From Marsupella aquatica (Eukaryota; Plantae; Marchantiophyta): 64,000 bases of DNA. The notes beneath the pieces were generated by a model. It had not been told where the DNA came from, did not search any database, and was given only the letters and a program-made list of their open reading frames with translations. The stretch covers positions 25,294,709 through 25,358,708 of the forward strand of contig OZ316894.1 in NCBI GenBank assembly GCA_973895155.1, written 5' to 3'. Positions 38,283 to 51,800 of the stretch are shown piece after piece; position 1 is the stretch's first letter; each line of letters begins with the position of its first letter. The translations under genes were made by a program, and so were the position numbers.

Positions 38283-41200
38283 ACGTCTAGCTCCACGCCT
38301 GCGGGGCAATGGGGAAGGGTAACGGAGTGATCGAGCTCGGGCTTCTCGCAAATTTTCCTGGCCCTCTCACGGATCGACAGCCCACCCCATTATCTTTTCG
38401 AACAGACGTTAATGGTGCATTGGGATTTGGGAAGAGCAAAACGAATCCTTGAAAATATTATAACCTTCATCAGCATAATCATCGAATGAGAACGGTGACT
38501 GAAAGACACTGTTTGTACAGTAACACAGTTCTTTTCCCCTACTCTGTCATAATTAGCTACAGACAACATATATCACTGCGCATTTAAGGCTTCCGAGAAA
38601 GCGGGGACGGCATTGCCTTTCTGAGCCTTTGGCTCACTGTATCTCCTGCGTCACACGATAAGTCCACATGAGACAGAAGACGCCCCCGGAACCCAAACAG
38701 CCACACGACTGTGTTCACTGTAATGTGCGACGAATTTCTTAGAGAAGGGCGTACACTCTCACGTGAGGCGCAATAAAAATGGAACTGATGAGAACATACA
38801 ATTTCTAGCACGAGTTTTGAAGTGCCCTCGATCATTCACGCTTCTCGTTCACCGAACTTCGGCCTCTTCACAATCCTGTGCACCAAAGCCTGCTGTATGC
38901 CATAATTTGAAACTTGTATTCAACATATCAAAACTTGCACGTCTACTCTTTTCAGACACCACTTCCCTTAGCTCTGCGAAACTATAATACGAAATGAAAG
39001 GCTGGGATTTCAGTTATGTTCCCCAACGTTCAGGGCATATCAGATTTCGTTTGCCATTTACGCCTTCTCATTTCCTCAAGTCAGAATCAACGCCACAGTA
39101 GTAATTGAAAGAGGGAGCTTGAACCGATATCGTGAGGGCGTGGCCTTTGCAATTTTGGGATAACTTTGAAACCCGTAGCATAAGCGCATCAATAATGTGT
39201 ACAGAGTTTTTCCTTCACTAGAGAGTAGAGAGGACTTCGAGATTGGTTTGCGTGAGAATCTGCAAAATTCATTCGTTTGCCCCACTACAGCGAAGTACAG
39301 CACGCGGCAATTTATGACGTCCATTTGGTCTTGTGCAGCAAATAATAATCTGGAGCTTCACCATATTTGTGCAGAACTTACGTCCTCACCCCTCGCCATG
39401 CCTTCGTCAGAGTCTCGTTACCCGAAAAAACATACGGAAGCTACAGTTCTCGAATCCCGAAATAGTGTCCTTCCTTTTGCAAATTCGTTGAGCAGCCCCC
39501 AAAAACCAAAAGTGGGAGTGAGATGTGATAAAGCCTCCACCGTCCTGAATCGGTACTGCAATCGTAGTACAATGGAAGTGCTTCCGTGGCTCCGTCAGTC
39601 AGTCCGTCTCATTCGTACGTGCACCGACTGATGCGACCTCACAGCAGGAAGTTGCAGCAGCAGCAGAAGTAGCTCCATTCCATTTACTATTCATGAATGA
39701 ATGCAAAGCTCCTGTTGCTGTGGACTGTTCTCCGTGAAATTAAATGTTCAGAGAAAACGATTTATGAAACTTCGATGGAATTTATTAACAAAATAGTATC
39801 TTAGGCAGAGAGATTGCTGAACTGCTGAACAGGCTCACACCGTGTTAGAAATCCCTCGTATAACGGATACTCCTAAAACCTTCCGGTCTTCACCCTCAAA
39901 TTTCCTACATCAAAGATTATAATTGAGGGGGGCTTTACAAGAACTTGGGGGCAGCCATTCCATTTTTTCTAAGTGAAAGATGCAATCTTAGCCATTCATA
40001 TGTGGGAACTGGCCACACTTCACTTTACATGAACTTGGGGGCACAATGAACAAAAACATTACCTAACCTAGTCATCTGTCAGTGGGCCCCTTGTGGGTCC
40101 CTTTTTTTGGTGAGGTATGCAAGCTTTTTTGTCAAAAACTTAGACCTCCTCTTGAGGTGGTCTAAAAACTTGGAGCAAATGGCCGCTTGTTTTAAGGGAA
40201 TTGCATTGATTACTTCCAGACCTGACACATTTGGCTCAGGCATTTTAACTTTTGTGGAATGAAATGGCCATCAGCTTTGCTTTGGATGAAGAGAGGGTGA
40301 ACGGCCCCCACCGTCTTGTAAAGCCCCCCTGACATGGTGGATTTGCTTAGTTGTATTTAAGTGGTATATTAAGTCGCATATTAAGTGGTATATTTAGAAG
40401 CCCTCCCCTTTTTAGCTTCATGTATATAGAGGTCGTGGCCAGATCAACAACTAACCGGATTGTTTTCTACACAAAATGTGAATTGACACCTGGGGTATCC
40501 ATCTTTCAAAAGCCAGCTGGTCAAGTAGAAAATCAATATGCCGATCCAATGAAGTCCTACAATCCAGTAAAGGGATGAACATGGGTATTTGAGCCTCTGC
40601 TTATTAGATTGATCAGCATAGCGTTCCCATATGTATGAAATCTTTCAACTGAGGCCTTCCATCAAATAGGCAATTATAGGCAGTTAGTTCATAAGATTTG
40701 ATTATGTGATTTGATACAGGATACAAATAATCAATCCAGTAACAAGAGGATAGGAAGCCGAATTGGGCTCGATATATTCGAACAAGGACAGGTCCTAAAG
40801 CACATGGAAGAAAGCTACCGGTTGGTTTTGGCATCATTCTAGATGTCCAGCCAACCTGGAAAGTAAAAATTCAATGATTGAAAGATCAGCGACGAGTGTA
40901 ATTGTACAACATGTTTGTTAACAACCTTGGTGTGTGAGTATTAACTTTCACTTTAGATCATCAAACAAAAGGCTCTGATGATTGTAATGATGTAATGCAA
41001 GGCAACCTGAGGAGCTCCTCGCCTTGCCCTCGGGGGGGTCACTATATGGAGGGCCATACATTGCGTGCGATGTTTTAGGGTTTGACCCCCTAAACTTATA
41101 AGTGAAAATATATTTTTACAACACCCTTTCTTTCTTTAAATTTGGCCATTTTTACTAAAAACCACAAAAACTTTAAAGAAAGTATTTTTTACAATTAACT

Positions 41201-42578
41201 AGGCCTATGTGTTCGTTAAAGCTAACCAGTCAATAAAACATGCCCATTGTATTCTCCTACAAAACTTTGGAAGTTTTCTGCCACACCCATTTAAATGGAC
41301 TTATATTTCGTTGCACAAGATGTGTCACTTCTGTGAAAGTGACCCCCCCCCCCCAGGCCTCGCCTGTCACTGCTATTCAAGCTTTAATTTTTGCACGAGT
41401 GAGTTGGCAATTCAGCACGAGAGGGCTAAACACCACAAAACAACCAGCACCCTTCTCTGTACTGTACTGTGACATACTACATGAGCAAGAACACTGGCTA
41501 TCATTATGCTCATACTAAGCGAATTGAACTCCTTCGCAGAATACTTAAACAGTGTTCCAGATGTCCAGGGAGAAAAAGTAAAATTCCAACGCGGGGTTGT
41601 CTATTCAGTGCCTTCACTGTCAAGAATTCAGAATCATAGTTCCTCCAAGCACATGTTCAATCAACTGGAGACTTTTCTCCACAATAATGCTGCAGAGACT
41701 CTTACACACCAGCGGTACCATTACACCTGGTGTTTATTAAGTGATGGATGCAATTCATTCACAGTTTGGACTCAAAGCTTGGAACGTCTGTACATTATGG
41801 TCAAATATTGATCAAGGTATATGTGTTCGTTTTCATTTTCAAACGTCAATCGACACTTTTGGACATTTAGTTGTGATATATGGGCTTGGGGTACTGTGTA
41901 AGTTCAGATGTGAAGTATAATTATGCCTCATCAGATCAGAAGTCACAAGAGGGCCATCCACCAAAGTACACACATGTACCTGGGTTGAATATAGACTTCA
42001 ATGTAATCCCTTACATTTGGTGTGGGAAAATTTTATCACTGCATAGGAGTTGTTTTGATCTTACAAATCATGAGCCTGAATGCCCATTATTTCAATAGGA
42101 TGACTTGTTTTTTGAGATAATAATATCCCATCCTGTTTTCCATGGACATCAGTGGGCTATAGGGGTTATGGTTTGGAGTCTTCACTCTAGAAGCCTAGAC
42201 CCCGACTCTACGTTCTGTTCACAACTTAGTAGTAAAACTTTACATAATAGAAAGAGAATAGTTAGCCATGTGTAAATTTCCCTATATGTATGTCAGTATT
42301 GGGATGGAGAATGACCTAAGTGACCATCCTCATTTGCTTTAGAGACAAACAAAGAATAGTCACCTATCCCTTGATGAAGAAAGGGTAACCCTGCCTGAGA
42401 AACTACATTGCAGCTGGCTTGCACTCTTGGGTGAGGGAAGACTACCCTTCCAATGTTTTACTAATGGAGTATAGTACAACTCAATCTCAAACTCAAGGAC
42501 CCTGACAGGCAACAAAGTCAGGAAAACCAACAAGGCCCTGAATGACAGACAAGTAAGAAGCAGCTACAAAACCAACTT

Positions 42579-42810
42579 GCTTTGGTCAGTTGGCCAGAGG
42601 ATGAGCCTAGAACGAAGAGGTCCCAAGTTCAATCCTCCCTCCCCACATAAGGGGTGTGGAGGGTATGTGTGTGGGTCCCTGTAGTGGTGGGAGTATTGAT
42701 TATCTCCTCAGCCCTGGTTGCCCACTTTGGGTCCTGGTTTAATACTCTCTCCCTCCTGGTCTGGGTCCCTGTCGGATCCTTGGGTATTGTCCCCTTGTGG
42801 CTGTCCTACA
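42579..42810 (+). mobile_element. tRNA-derived SINE-like element (Pol III A/B boxes)
   Basis: A-box-like TGGTCAGTTGG (42583-42593) and B-box-like AAGTTCAATCC (42625-42635) at tRNA-like spacing, followed by a GC-richer body. No intact cloverleaf or acceptor stem. Confidence 0.5.
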
Positions 42811-45800
42811 TAGAAATGCATGCTCCAAAGCAAGACGTCTATCTTCTGTTAGATGGGCCTGCTTTCGGTTTTCAAGGCAAAGAAAAAGAGCTAGCTACAA
42901 AACATAACATGACATGCAACTAATTAAGACAAGCATAGTCTGAAGGTACTAGACGGCATGTGGTCAGGCCATTTTACTTTAGTTTTTTATTCGGTTATTC
43001 TTTTCACATAAGTAAAGTGTTCCTTTCAATAAAGTGAAAAAAAGGATATTTGTCAATTTTGATGAGTTGTTTTGGTATCAAAACTTCTGTTACAGGATAC
43101 ACATAGAGTACTCACCCATTGATCTGGCCCTGTTCCCTGTGGAATTCAATTATGATGAATCATATATTGCCCAAAATATGTGGGGTGTACCTTGTGTTGG
43201 CATCGCCACCAATATTTGGAAAGCAAACAACTAGGTGGTAGATCTTTTTTTTCATCTTGTAAGGTTAGTGGGGTTTGATTCTCCCCTCTTCAATTGATTT
43301 TGGTGTTTGTCCTCTCTGCCCCTCTTTTGTTTGTACTCAATAATGCTTTGTTTGGCATTTTTTTTTGTAAATTGGTCATTTCTCTTCCAAAGAATAACTG
43401 GCTAGTAGGGAGTTGTTTGTATCCAAACTCACCAGAGATAGCAACTAGTAAGATCTAGCACACATTGAAATTTTTTAAATGAAAACATAATCCAGCCCAG
43501 GGCCTAGACAGAATATTTCCATAAGCCTGTCCATTAAGCAAGGGCCATGCTCGGTCAGCTGGGAGAATGCTTGGGTACTTCAGTGTCCTTGGTGTGCCTT
43601 TCATTGTGAAAATTTCCAATTGCACCCTATGCAAAGGAGGAATGTGCATGTGATATGTGCAACGGAGACCCATGACAATCTCATGTTTCTAAAACTCATG
43701 AAATATTGTGATTGTGAGTGGAGACTACTCACCAGGTGTCACTATTAAGGAAAATTTGAGAACACATGGAAACATCTACAGTACATTGTGCAATTCTCTC
43801 CCTCACACAGGGAAGAAACCTCCCACATTAGTTGTTCGTTCTAGTGGTTTCTTGTTGGGTCTGAATATTCCATGGTTTGACTTCATCCTCGGTGTGTTTG
43901 TCCTTTACCTAATAAGTTCCGGTGACTGGCTAATGTACACCCTTTTTACCTTTTAATACTCAAATAAACAGCCCACCCAGCAAAACTAGACTTCATAGGA
44001 CTTCATCCCCATGGATAGCAGCCTTCAATGATGAGTACGTCCTGACTCTGATCCTCGTTGGCGGTGTGGGTGACCGCCCACCAAAAATTGACAACATGTT
44101 CCATCAATGCAAATCATAGGCCACTGTATATAGGGTAGTGAAGCTGGTCAACCCTCAGATCCTCACTAGATCGAGGCCATGTTCTCACTACCGTTGGAAC
44201 TTTTCCTGAAGGAGATTACATATATATATATATATAATATATATGTCAAACTATCACTAGAGCATCAACTCAGCAAACATATCTGTGAATGACTATTTTA
44301 CATAGGATAGTTACCTTTGTACAATAAAAGATTGAAATGTCAAAGGGTCCAGCTGTACAATTGGATCCTGGGTGGTAGGTATAATCCTTGCCAGCTTCGC
44401 CTTACATACATTGACCTATCGGTTTTTTAGCAGTACTTTTTGCTTCCTTTTACATGCTGTATACCTTCTCATTTCTCTCTCGTAGTTCGCCTACTACTGC
44501 ACTTGTGAGAGGTTTCCTCCAAGAAGACCTTGCATGGTAAACAGTGAGTACAGTAGTGGGTGCCTTGCATGTCAAATAGTAGCACTACAGGATGACTAAG
44601 GCCACTGCTTGGAGGGACAGCAGTAGCTTTGTGGGTTAGGGCTCCAAAAAGAGATACGTAAGCTAGAGCCCTAGTGGGACTAGTTACCTAACTAGTTAAC
44701 GACCCTTTGACAAAGTTTGTTATTTAGACTAAATCTGAGGCGTCATGGGGTGCCAACCACACACCGTTACTGTGACAATCATTGCCTTTTCAGTGCCGGG
44801 GAAGAACTGGATTATTCTAAAATTGGCTTATATCTTGTCCTTTCTGAGATAGGTTACAATCCTTAGACTTTAGGCCAATGACCCACGTGAAGTTTGACCA
44901 AACTACTCGTGCATCTTTGGCTGCTGTATAAGATGCATTAATTGACTTTGGAGGATCGTAGATCATGGGAGCTCTAACAGTGGATCTGGACGCTCTAGAC
45001 GAAAAATGCTTATCACGTTTGAAGTTTGAACCCTAAATGAAGACATTGTCCACCATTTCTCAAAGGCTTGCAGGTCTTGAGCTACACCTATTTCACCTTC
45101 AGAATCCAGTTTTATAACCATACAAAAGAGGAGAGCAGAGAGCGGCGAGACCCATCACGGGTAGACTACTGTAGTATCTGTCTCTATGTCTTAGTATCAC
45201 TGTTGTCCTTGTAGAACCTTAGCTGTATTCTTTAGAAATTCTATTAGGATATTAGAAAACCGCTTAGAGCAAGCTCCCGAATATAGCATGGAACTTGGCT
45301 AAGTTTTTGTCTTGTACCATTAATGAATTTTACATTATCTTATAAGTGGCTTGAGAAAGGTTCGAAAAGTGAATGGGTGGAGTGAGGGGAAGTTAAAGTC
45401 AAGTATGGTACATCACTTGTCGTGATCCTATCATTAAACAATTTAGTTTCATTGTCATTAATATGATCTGTGCAATCAAATAATCTATGCACTGTCTAAT
45501 GTATAAAACATTAACATGTAGGTATCATTTGTAGAGATATATTTAGATGTTTATCTAAATATTTGTTACTAACATTTGTTATGATTGTGGTCTTCTGTAG
45601 GATACTGTTTAAGACACAATCATTGGATAGTGAAGTCAACCTCTGCCATGCCGTGTTTGTGAGTGATTTTTTTACAGGATTAGGTTGTGGGCCTTATACC
45701 AAAGAACCCATAAAAGCATGTCGTTTGTGAAAAATGTAGTGATAAAGATTAGAATAAGAGGAGATTTAAAAGAGGATAATATCTTTGTTATTAAAAAAAT

Positions 45801-48800
45801 AGAGGGGTTTAAGAAAATACAAAGTCACAGAAAAACAAAATTGCAAACCTCACTAAAATACAATTCATGTTTAATTAGTGTTAAACCAACAAAAAAAACG
45901 CTTGAGCATGTCAGGTGGGTTAGCCATTATAGCAGCATCAGAATTTTGGTCAACTAGCAGCACCTCAATGTTTAGAGTCATTACCACTGATAAATAAAAA
46001 ATTCAAAAATCATGCACTAGCGGTGATGGTACTTTTTTTTCTTGTCAATGTAGCCATGTAGGTCAATTCTCAATTAGCACACGTGGAACAAGCATGTACA
46101 TCACACTTAAGTCAAACACCCTATTCACTTAGACTAGGGACTTATTTTATGGATCTGCGGCCTTTCCAATTGATTTGATTTTTGCCATCCACCCCTTCCC
46201 CCTCTATAGAGTAGCCCACAACTGCAAGAATGATAAAGAACACGGACGGACCTCCCTTGTCAAGCTATGTGGAAATGCTTTCTTTTGTGGTTTTCTCATG
46301 CCTTGGGAAGATGGCCAGCAGCCTGTGTAGGGGAATAGGGGACTGTTGCTGCCAGGGAACAGCAACCTGGGAAAGATAGAATCCTAGTTTCCAAACATGC
46401 ATGAAGCAGCCACAGAGCTGCAAAGGCACACACACGAAGGGACGGGGACTCACGTGCAAACTGAAGAAAGGCCACTTCCCAAACACCCAGTAGGGTTTTA
46501 GTTTTGTCTTCTACGTTGTGACGTTTTACTTCTTTTTGTTGTTGGGGGATACTTAGGGTTTATTTGCCCATTTGGTCAATTTGGAAGTTTTAGCTTCTTG
46601 CACCCCTTTGTTGGGTCTCTTGCTTTCAGATCCTGTCTCCCCCTTTGGTGCCTTCGGTTTTTGGCGGTGTAACATATACTGAGGAGCACAGACATATCAA
46701 CCATGGGACATTGGAATGTGAGCTGAGAAAGCCACTCAACAAACAAACTGAGCACCCGCAACCCTCTCACTCTCTCCCTCCGGCTGCTGAGTCCTCCACA
46801 CCCCCTTGCAGGATGCATTCCACGGCTTTACAGGGTGTTTCATCAACTTCTCTTCAGCACTCGTCTTTCAACTTTATGACCCTCCTATGTGGTGTACTCC
46901 TGAGCTTTACCAAGGTTTTTCAGTTTACTACTCAAAACTTTAATTCCTTTGAGGTTGACTGTGGGGACTAGGGTAGGGCTTTTTGGATCCTTGGATTTCT
47001 TGGGCTTTCACCTTGTTTTCCTTTATTTTGTCTCTTGCTCATGGGATCATATCTCCTTGGTTTGGCGCTTCCTCTTCTTAAGGGAACTCTAAGGAGTCAA
47101 CAGCTCCCAAACAAACAAACTCAGCAGCCACACAGCTATGCACGAATAGAATCTAGTGAAAAGGACCCCGATACAGAAAACTCCGCAGCCGAGCTCTTAC
47201 TCACACATGGGAACCGTGGGAGAGGTGCAGGCCCCAACAAACAAAGTGAGCACTGAACACTAGCACAATATCTTCACGGACAGGGACTGTTGGGTGCGAA
47301 ATCCTATGTCCCGTACATCAAGAAAACGGCCTCTACCAACAGTAGAAACTCAGCACAAGGCAATAGTACGAGCGAGATCACACTTTCATTGAGAGCAATC
47401 CCGTTTAAATTATGCAGAAATGGTATGCTATGGTATGGTATCAAGCACTATCGTCACCTGGTAGTCCCAGCCCATCAATTCAAAACGTATGCCCAAGAGA
47501 ATCATGCTGATAGTGCTGAGTCAGTCAGGCCTGGGTAACGAAAAAGGGAAAAAAAACCGAAGACTGTTTCCAGTTGATTTTACAGGCGTTCGTGCTGATC
47601 GAAATTCCTTGTTATGTCCTTTCATTGCATCCTTTCCCTCCAAGCATCTTTAGATATTACAAAGTGCTCGAGTTAGCTGTTTAATGGGATCCCAATATGA
47701 AAAGTTTTACTTGATAGACCCCTGAGTAATCCAGACCATCCATTGACCTTGAATCAACCTACCTAAAACGTGTTCCATCAAGCAACCCAAAGTGCTCAGC
47801 TAAAGCGTCGTTCGTTAGTTGGAAAGAACCATTACCTCTTTTCCTTCAGGCTCCATAAGTTCTTCTGTCCTAATGCCACACAACTCCACAGAGACTTACG
47901 ATGCGAGGGAGGCTCAACATTTCTAGCAAGATGAGGCCGCCACACCACCAAACAGAATTAAATGTACAACAGGAGAATGAGTCACTATGTGAGCACGTCA
48001 CACGAGAGGAAGCACGGGAACCATCGAAAGCGTACTACCACCACCTAATAATAATAGCCCCCCAAGCCCTGAACTTCGTGAACAACAAAGCATCACCCTC
48101 TTTTTTTCTGCTGTTAACCGTTTGCCCTCTCTTCCCAGAATTCTCTGTTCTCCGCATCATTTCTGTGTCACATTTGGAATCGAAGATTGGCTCGAGTGCA
48201 TTGCTAGTCGAACTAGGCTACAGTCTATTGCAGCAGCACATGCGCAGAATGGTGACAGAAAATAGTCATCGACAAACTGAAAGATTTTAGCTAGAATCCA
48301 ATTTCATTCGTACGTGACATCAGCTTCGTGCCTATGCCACAAACATGCGATCAGCCAAAATCATGCTCGGATCGCGTGGTGAGTACTGCTGGTGTCGTAA
48401 CACGTACAATGGCTGAATGGCTGTTCCACAGCTGCCAACAAATTGTTCTAGTACTTTGGTCCGTGGAACGCCAACGCGAGTTATTCGTATTTGCCTTCAG
48501 GCTACTGCGCGTGGTCGTTTTAATTATTCCAGACCAACAAGTTTCCCAGTAGGCTTTTTGCTGACACACACTGTAGTCAACCCGTGTGTTGAAGGCTTGT
48601 TTCAATCGAAAACGCCATTTCCCGGGGCAGTTCGCCTTGGGTAAATACTTTCAGGCATTCTTCCCCATTTCTCTAACCAGGCCACAGATTCTTCGAGCCC
48701 ACCAATTTTGGGGAATCAGATTTAGACATACAATGGGAGCCAAATGTTTTCTAAGTTATTTATCCTGAGAACGATACCCGTGTGTGTTGCACGATTATTA

Positions 48801-51800
48801 GCGAAGGCGAGGGCACGGATGTGAGGGGAGGCACGGATCATGAGGCGGGCAGGGAGAGCACACAGCGAGAAATGATGTTGGCCGATTGAATGATGCCGAA
48901 AAACTATTTGTTCAGCAAACAGCCAAGATTTCTGCCCCGCGAATGAATGACATGTAGTAAAACACACAAATGCCCGAATGTGCAGGATCCTATATTGTTT
49001 GATTTGATTGCACGAACCAAGTTAACACTGTGTTGATTCGAATGTTTCTACTGTACAGTATTCATTACTTTGTGCGAACCGAGTAAGGGGAATACTGTAA
49101 CTCGACGTCACTCCCTCGGCTCCAATCTACACTGTCTACAGCACTTTGGAGGTCCTCATTATTATTTTGAGAATCGAGGGAGCTGTACTGAGAGAGTGAG
49201 AGAGTGAGAGACTGAGAGTCCCTTCCCGTCAAGCTGTCACGGTGTATTTCACGGCAATATGTGGGAACCGTCGACCGGCGGGACCTGACGGTAAACTGGG
49301 CCGCGAAAAGGGCGAAGTAATGATTGGATTGATCCACGCGGCAGGTTCAATCTCCGAGGGTGGACGTGCTCACTTTCCAGCCGTCAGATTCGCATGCCCC
49401 CGACGGGAACGGAAAACCCCCCTGTAACCCTGTAACACGGGGAGCAGAACCCGGCCAAAAGGACCCCGACCAAGCAAGCGACTCCCGCAAAGTCACGCTA
49501 GAGACAACCCACCAGCTAGTCCGCATGGAGGGAATTCGCCCAACTGCATCGCATGGAACCCGGTTCTTCAGCCCACGACGTTAATGGCCCCGAGTTTGAC
49601 AAACTAGGCGTCAACGGCTCTTCTGTCGCCCCCCCGTCGCCAGACGGCGATACGCAGGAGCAGCATGGCGACAAAGTCGACCGGCTCTGGCCTCTGGGAT
49701 TTACAGGGCCCACTATCCACCACCGCAGTCTTCCACCGGAATCCCCTGAAGATTGGAACAGCAATACGACCTTCTCTCAACGATTTATGCATATTTTAAA
49801 CTTGGCGTGCCAAACAATTTAATTGCAATATATTTTAAATCCTTCATTCTGTAGCAAAACCTGCCCCATTTCTTTTGCATTTCCAAATTGAAATGAGACA
49901 GGGAAGTCCTTGCTTACGACTGACTGTTGCCACTGCCAGCGGCGCAACTGGCATAGTCCTGGACTGAACTTGTTTTCAACCTTGCCAAAAGTTTAGAAGA
50001 CTGCAACTAACTTAGTTTTATTTAATTTTGCAGTTTATGCATCTACTTTGTGTACCATGTTATTGTCCACTTAGTACCCTAAAACTTTCCGACATATTCG
50101 GACCTATTTCAAACTCCGGGCCAACCAGTTCCAGCTCTCAAAGTTGTTACGCATGAAATGAGTTCAAATATGAATTTTAGATGAGCACAGCATGGTTCTA
50201 TATGCTTTTTGCAGTAGTCCACGTAGCATGGTTCCTGTCTGAGAAAAACCTTCAAGGTAGCCAAGAGCACCCTCAACATTTAGCTAAGAAATGCAATATG
50301 TCTAATATAAGAGTGGAGGAGAGAGTTGTTGAGTTGTTTTCCTAAAGAACCGGTCATCAAGAAGGATGTGTTCAATGTATGTCACCACTAGGATAGGGAC
50401 GCCTGGAGACTGCTTCCAAGACTAAACAAAGATGGAAGTGCTCAAGCTGGCATCCTGGTAATTGCACATTCAAAACCAGCAATCAAGTACCTATTTTGAA
50501 CAACACTGATTTAAACAGAATATTTGGATTTATCATGGTATGGAGCATTGTGGTACACCACATAGTCATACACTGTCACATTTTCATGTGCAATTATTGA
50601 GACTCTAACAGGGTCTGTTATCTTGCTTGCAAACCTGATCTACTTCTGATACTTCTCTGATCTGTGGAGGAGTAGGACTCTTCAGCTTTTTGGCTCTTTG
50701 ATTTTCCAGATTTTTTTGGTTGCTTTCTTGCCTTTATTGGTTTTTGGCCTTTGATCCTGTCTCCTGGGAAAGTACTTTTTGTTTTCTTGCAGTGCTTTAG
50801 AAAGTGGAGACCAGCTTCCTTTAGGAGACAAGGAAATAACTCAATTGGTAATTTCTAGATAGATTTATGATTGTTATTTTTAGCCTATCATCAATGTTAT
50901 CAGTGTGTCAAATGTTCATCAACACTTGCCGTCTTGACGAATGCAATTTCATTTTTAGCCTACGATCATCATCGATTCTTAACAAATGGAATTTCAATGC
51001 ATGTCAAGCCTCCAGCAACAGTTCATATTAGTTGCCATGGATTTACGTGCCGTCTATCTGGGTTCCTTTTGAGTTTCCACCAACAAAAACACGGGGAATG
51101 AAAGAATCAATAATAAAATATCTATTTTGAAATTCGGGTCCACTCGTCCACCATCCTTGCAATCATATTGTCTAAGTTTCGAAATTCATATCCTCGAAGA
51201 CTGTGAGACGCAAGTAATGATGGTGAGCAAGGGTTAGGGGCAGTTTTCCATCTACACCTCCCATCTCAGAATTTCCAACGGCCAACATCACTTTGCGAAA
51301 TAGTTATGCCCTATCATCTTGACAGGTGCAAACAAAGCGTTCGACGTAATATGAACCCAATTATTGTGCGAATCTCGAGACGCCAGGTTTTCCAATAGAG
51401 CCCTGACTCGTCGATTTTCCAGCACGTGCCATACCCTATGGCTAAGGCCTAAGGCCCAGCACCCAGGAATTCAGGACTTCAGGTGTCGTCCAGGCCACGA
51501 ATCACATCCAGTCCCTAACCAGAGGTGTTTTCGTCGTCACAGAAACAAGGATACGACCGACTTCGGCAAATCCGAATCAGGGTTAAGCCTCTGGTATACA
51601 GTCGAGGAAAACCCAAGCGCCGCTATGGAAACTACCCCAAGGTGAGAATAATATTCGTCGCCAAGTGATTGCGCCGCCAGAGCTGTAACGGTAAATGTTA
51701 CTGTGCGGTAAAGTGTAACCTCAAGGCCCACGCGCGCGAACAAAGCATCAGATTGCCTGACACTTTGGTGACACATGCACGTGCCGGGTATTTTTGGGCA

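Noticed and set aside
47236-48870. Partial resemblance to conserved miRNAs (gtgagcac to miR156, tcgtgcc to miR536, gagagcac to miR529)
   Set aside because: Matches are only 7-9 nt, with no full mature sequence or matching star arm.
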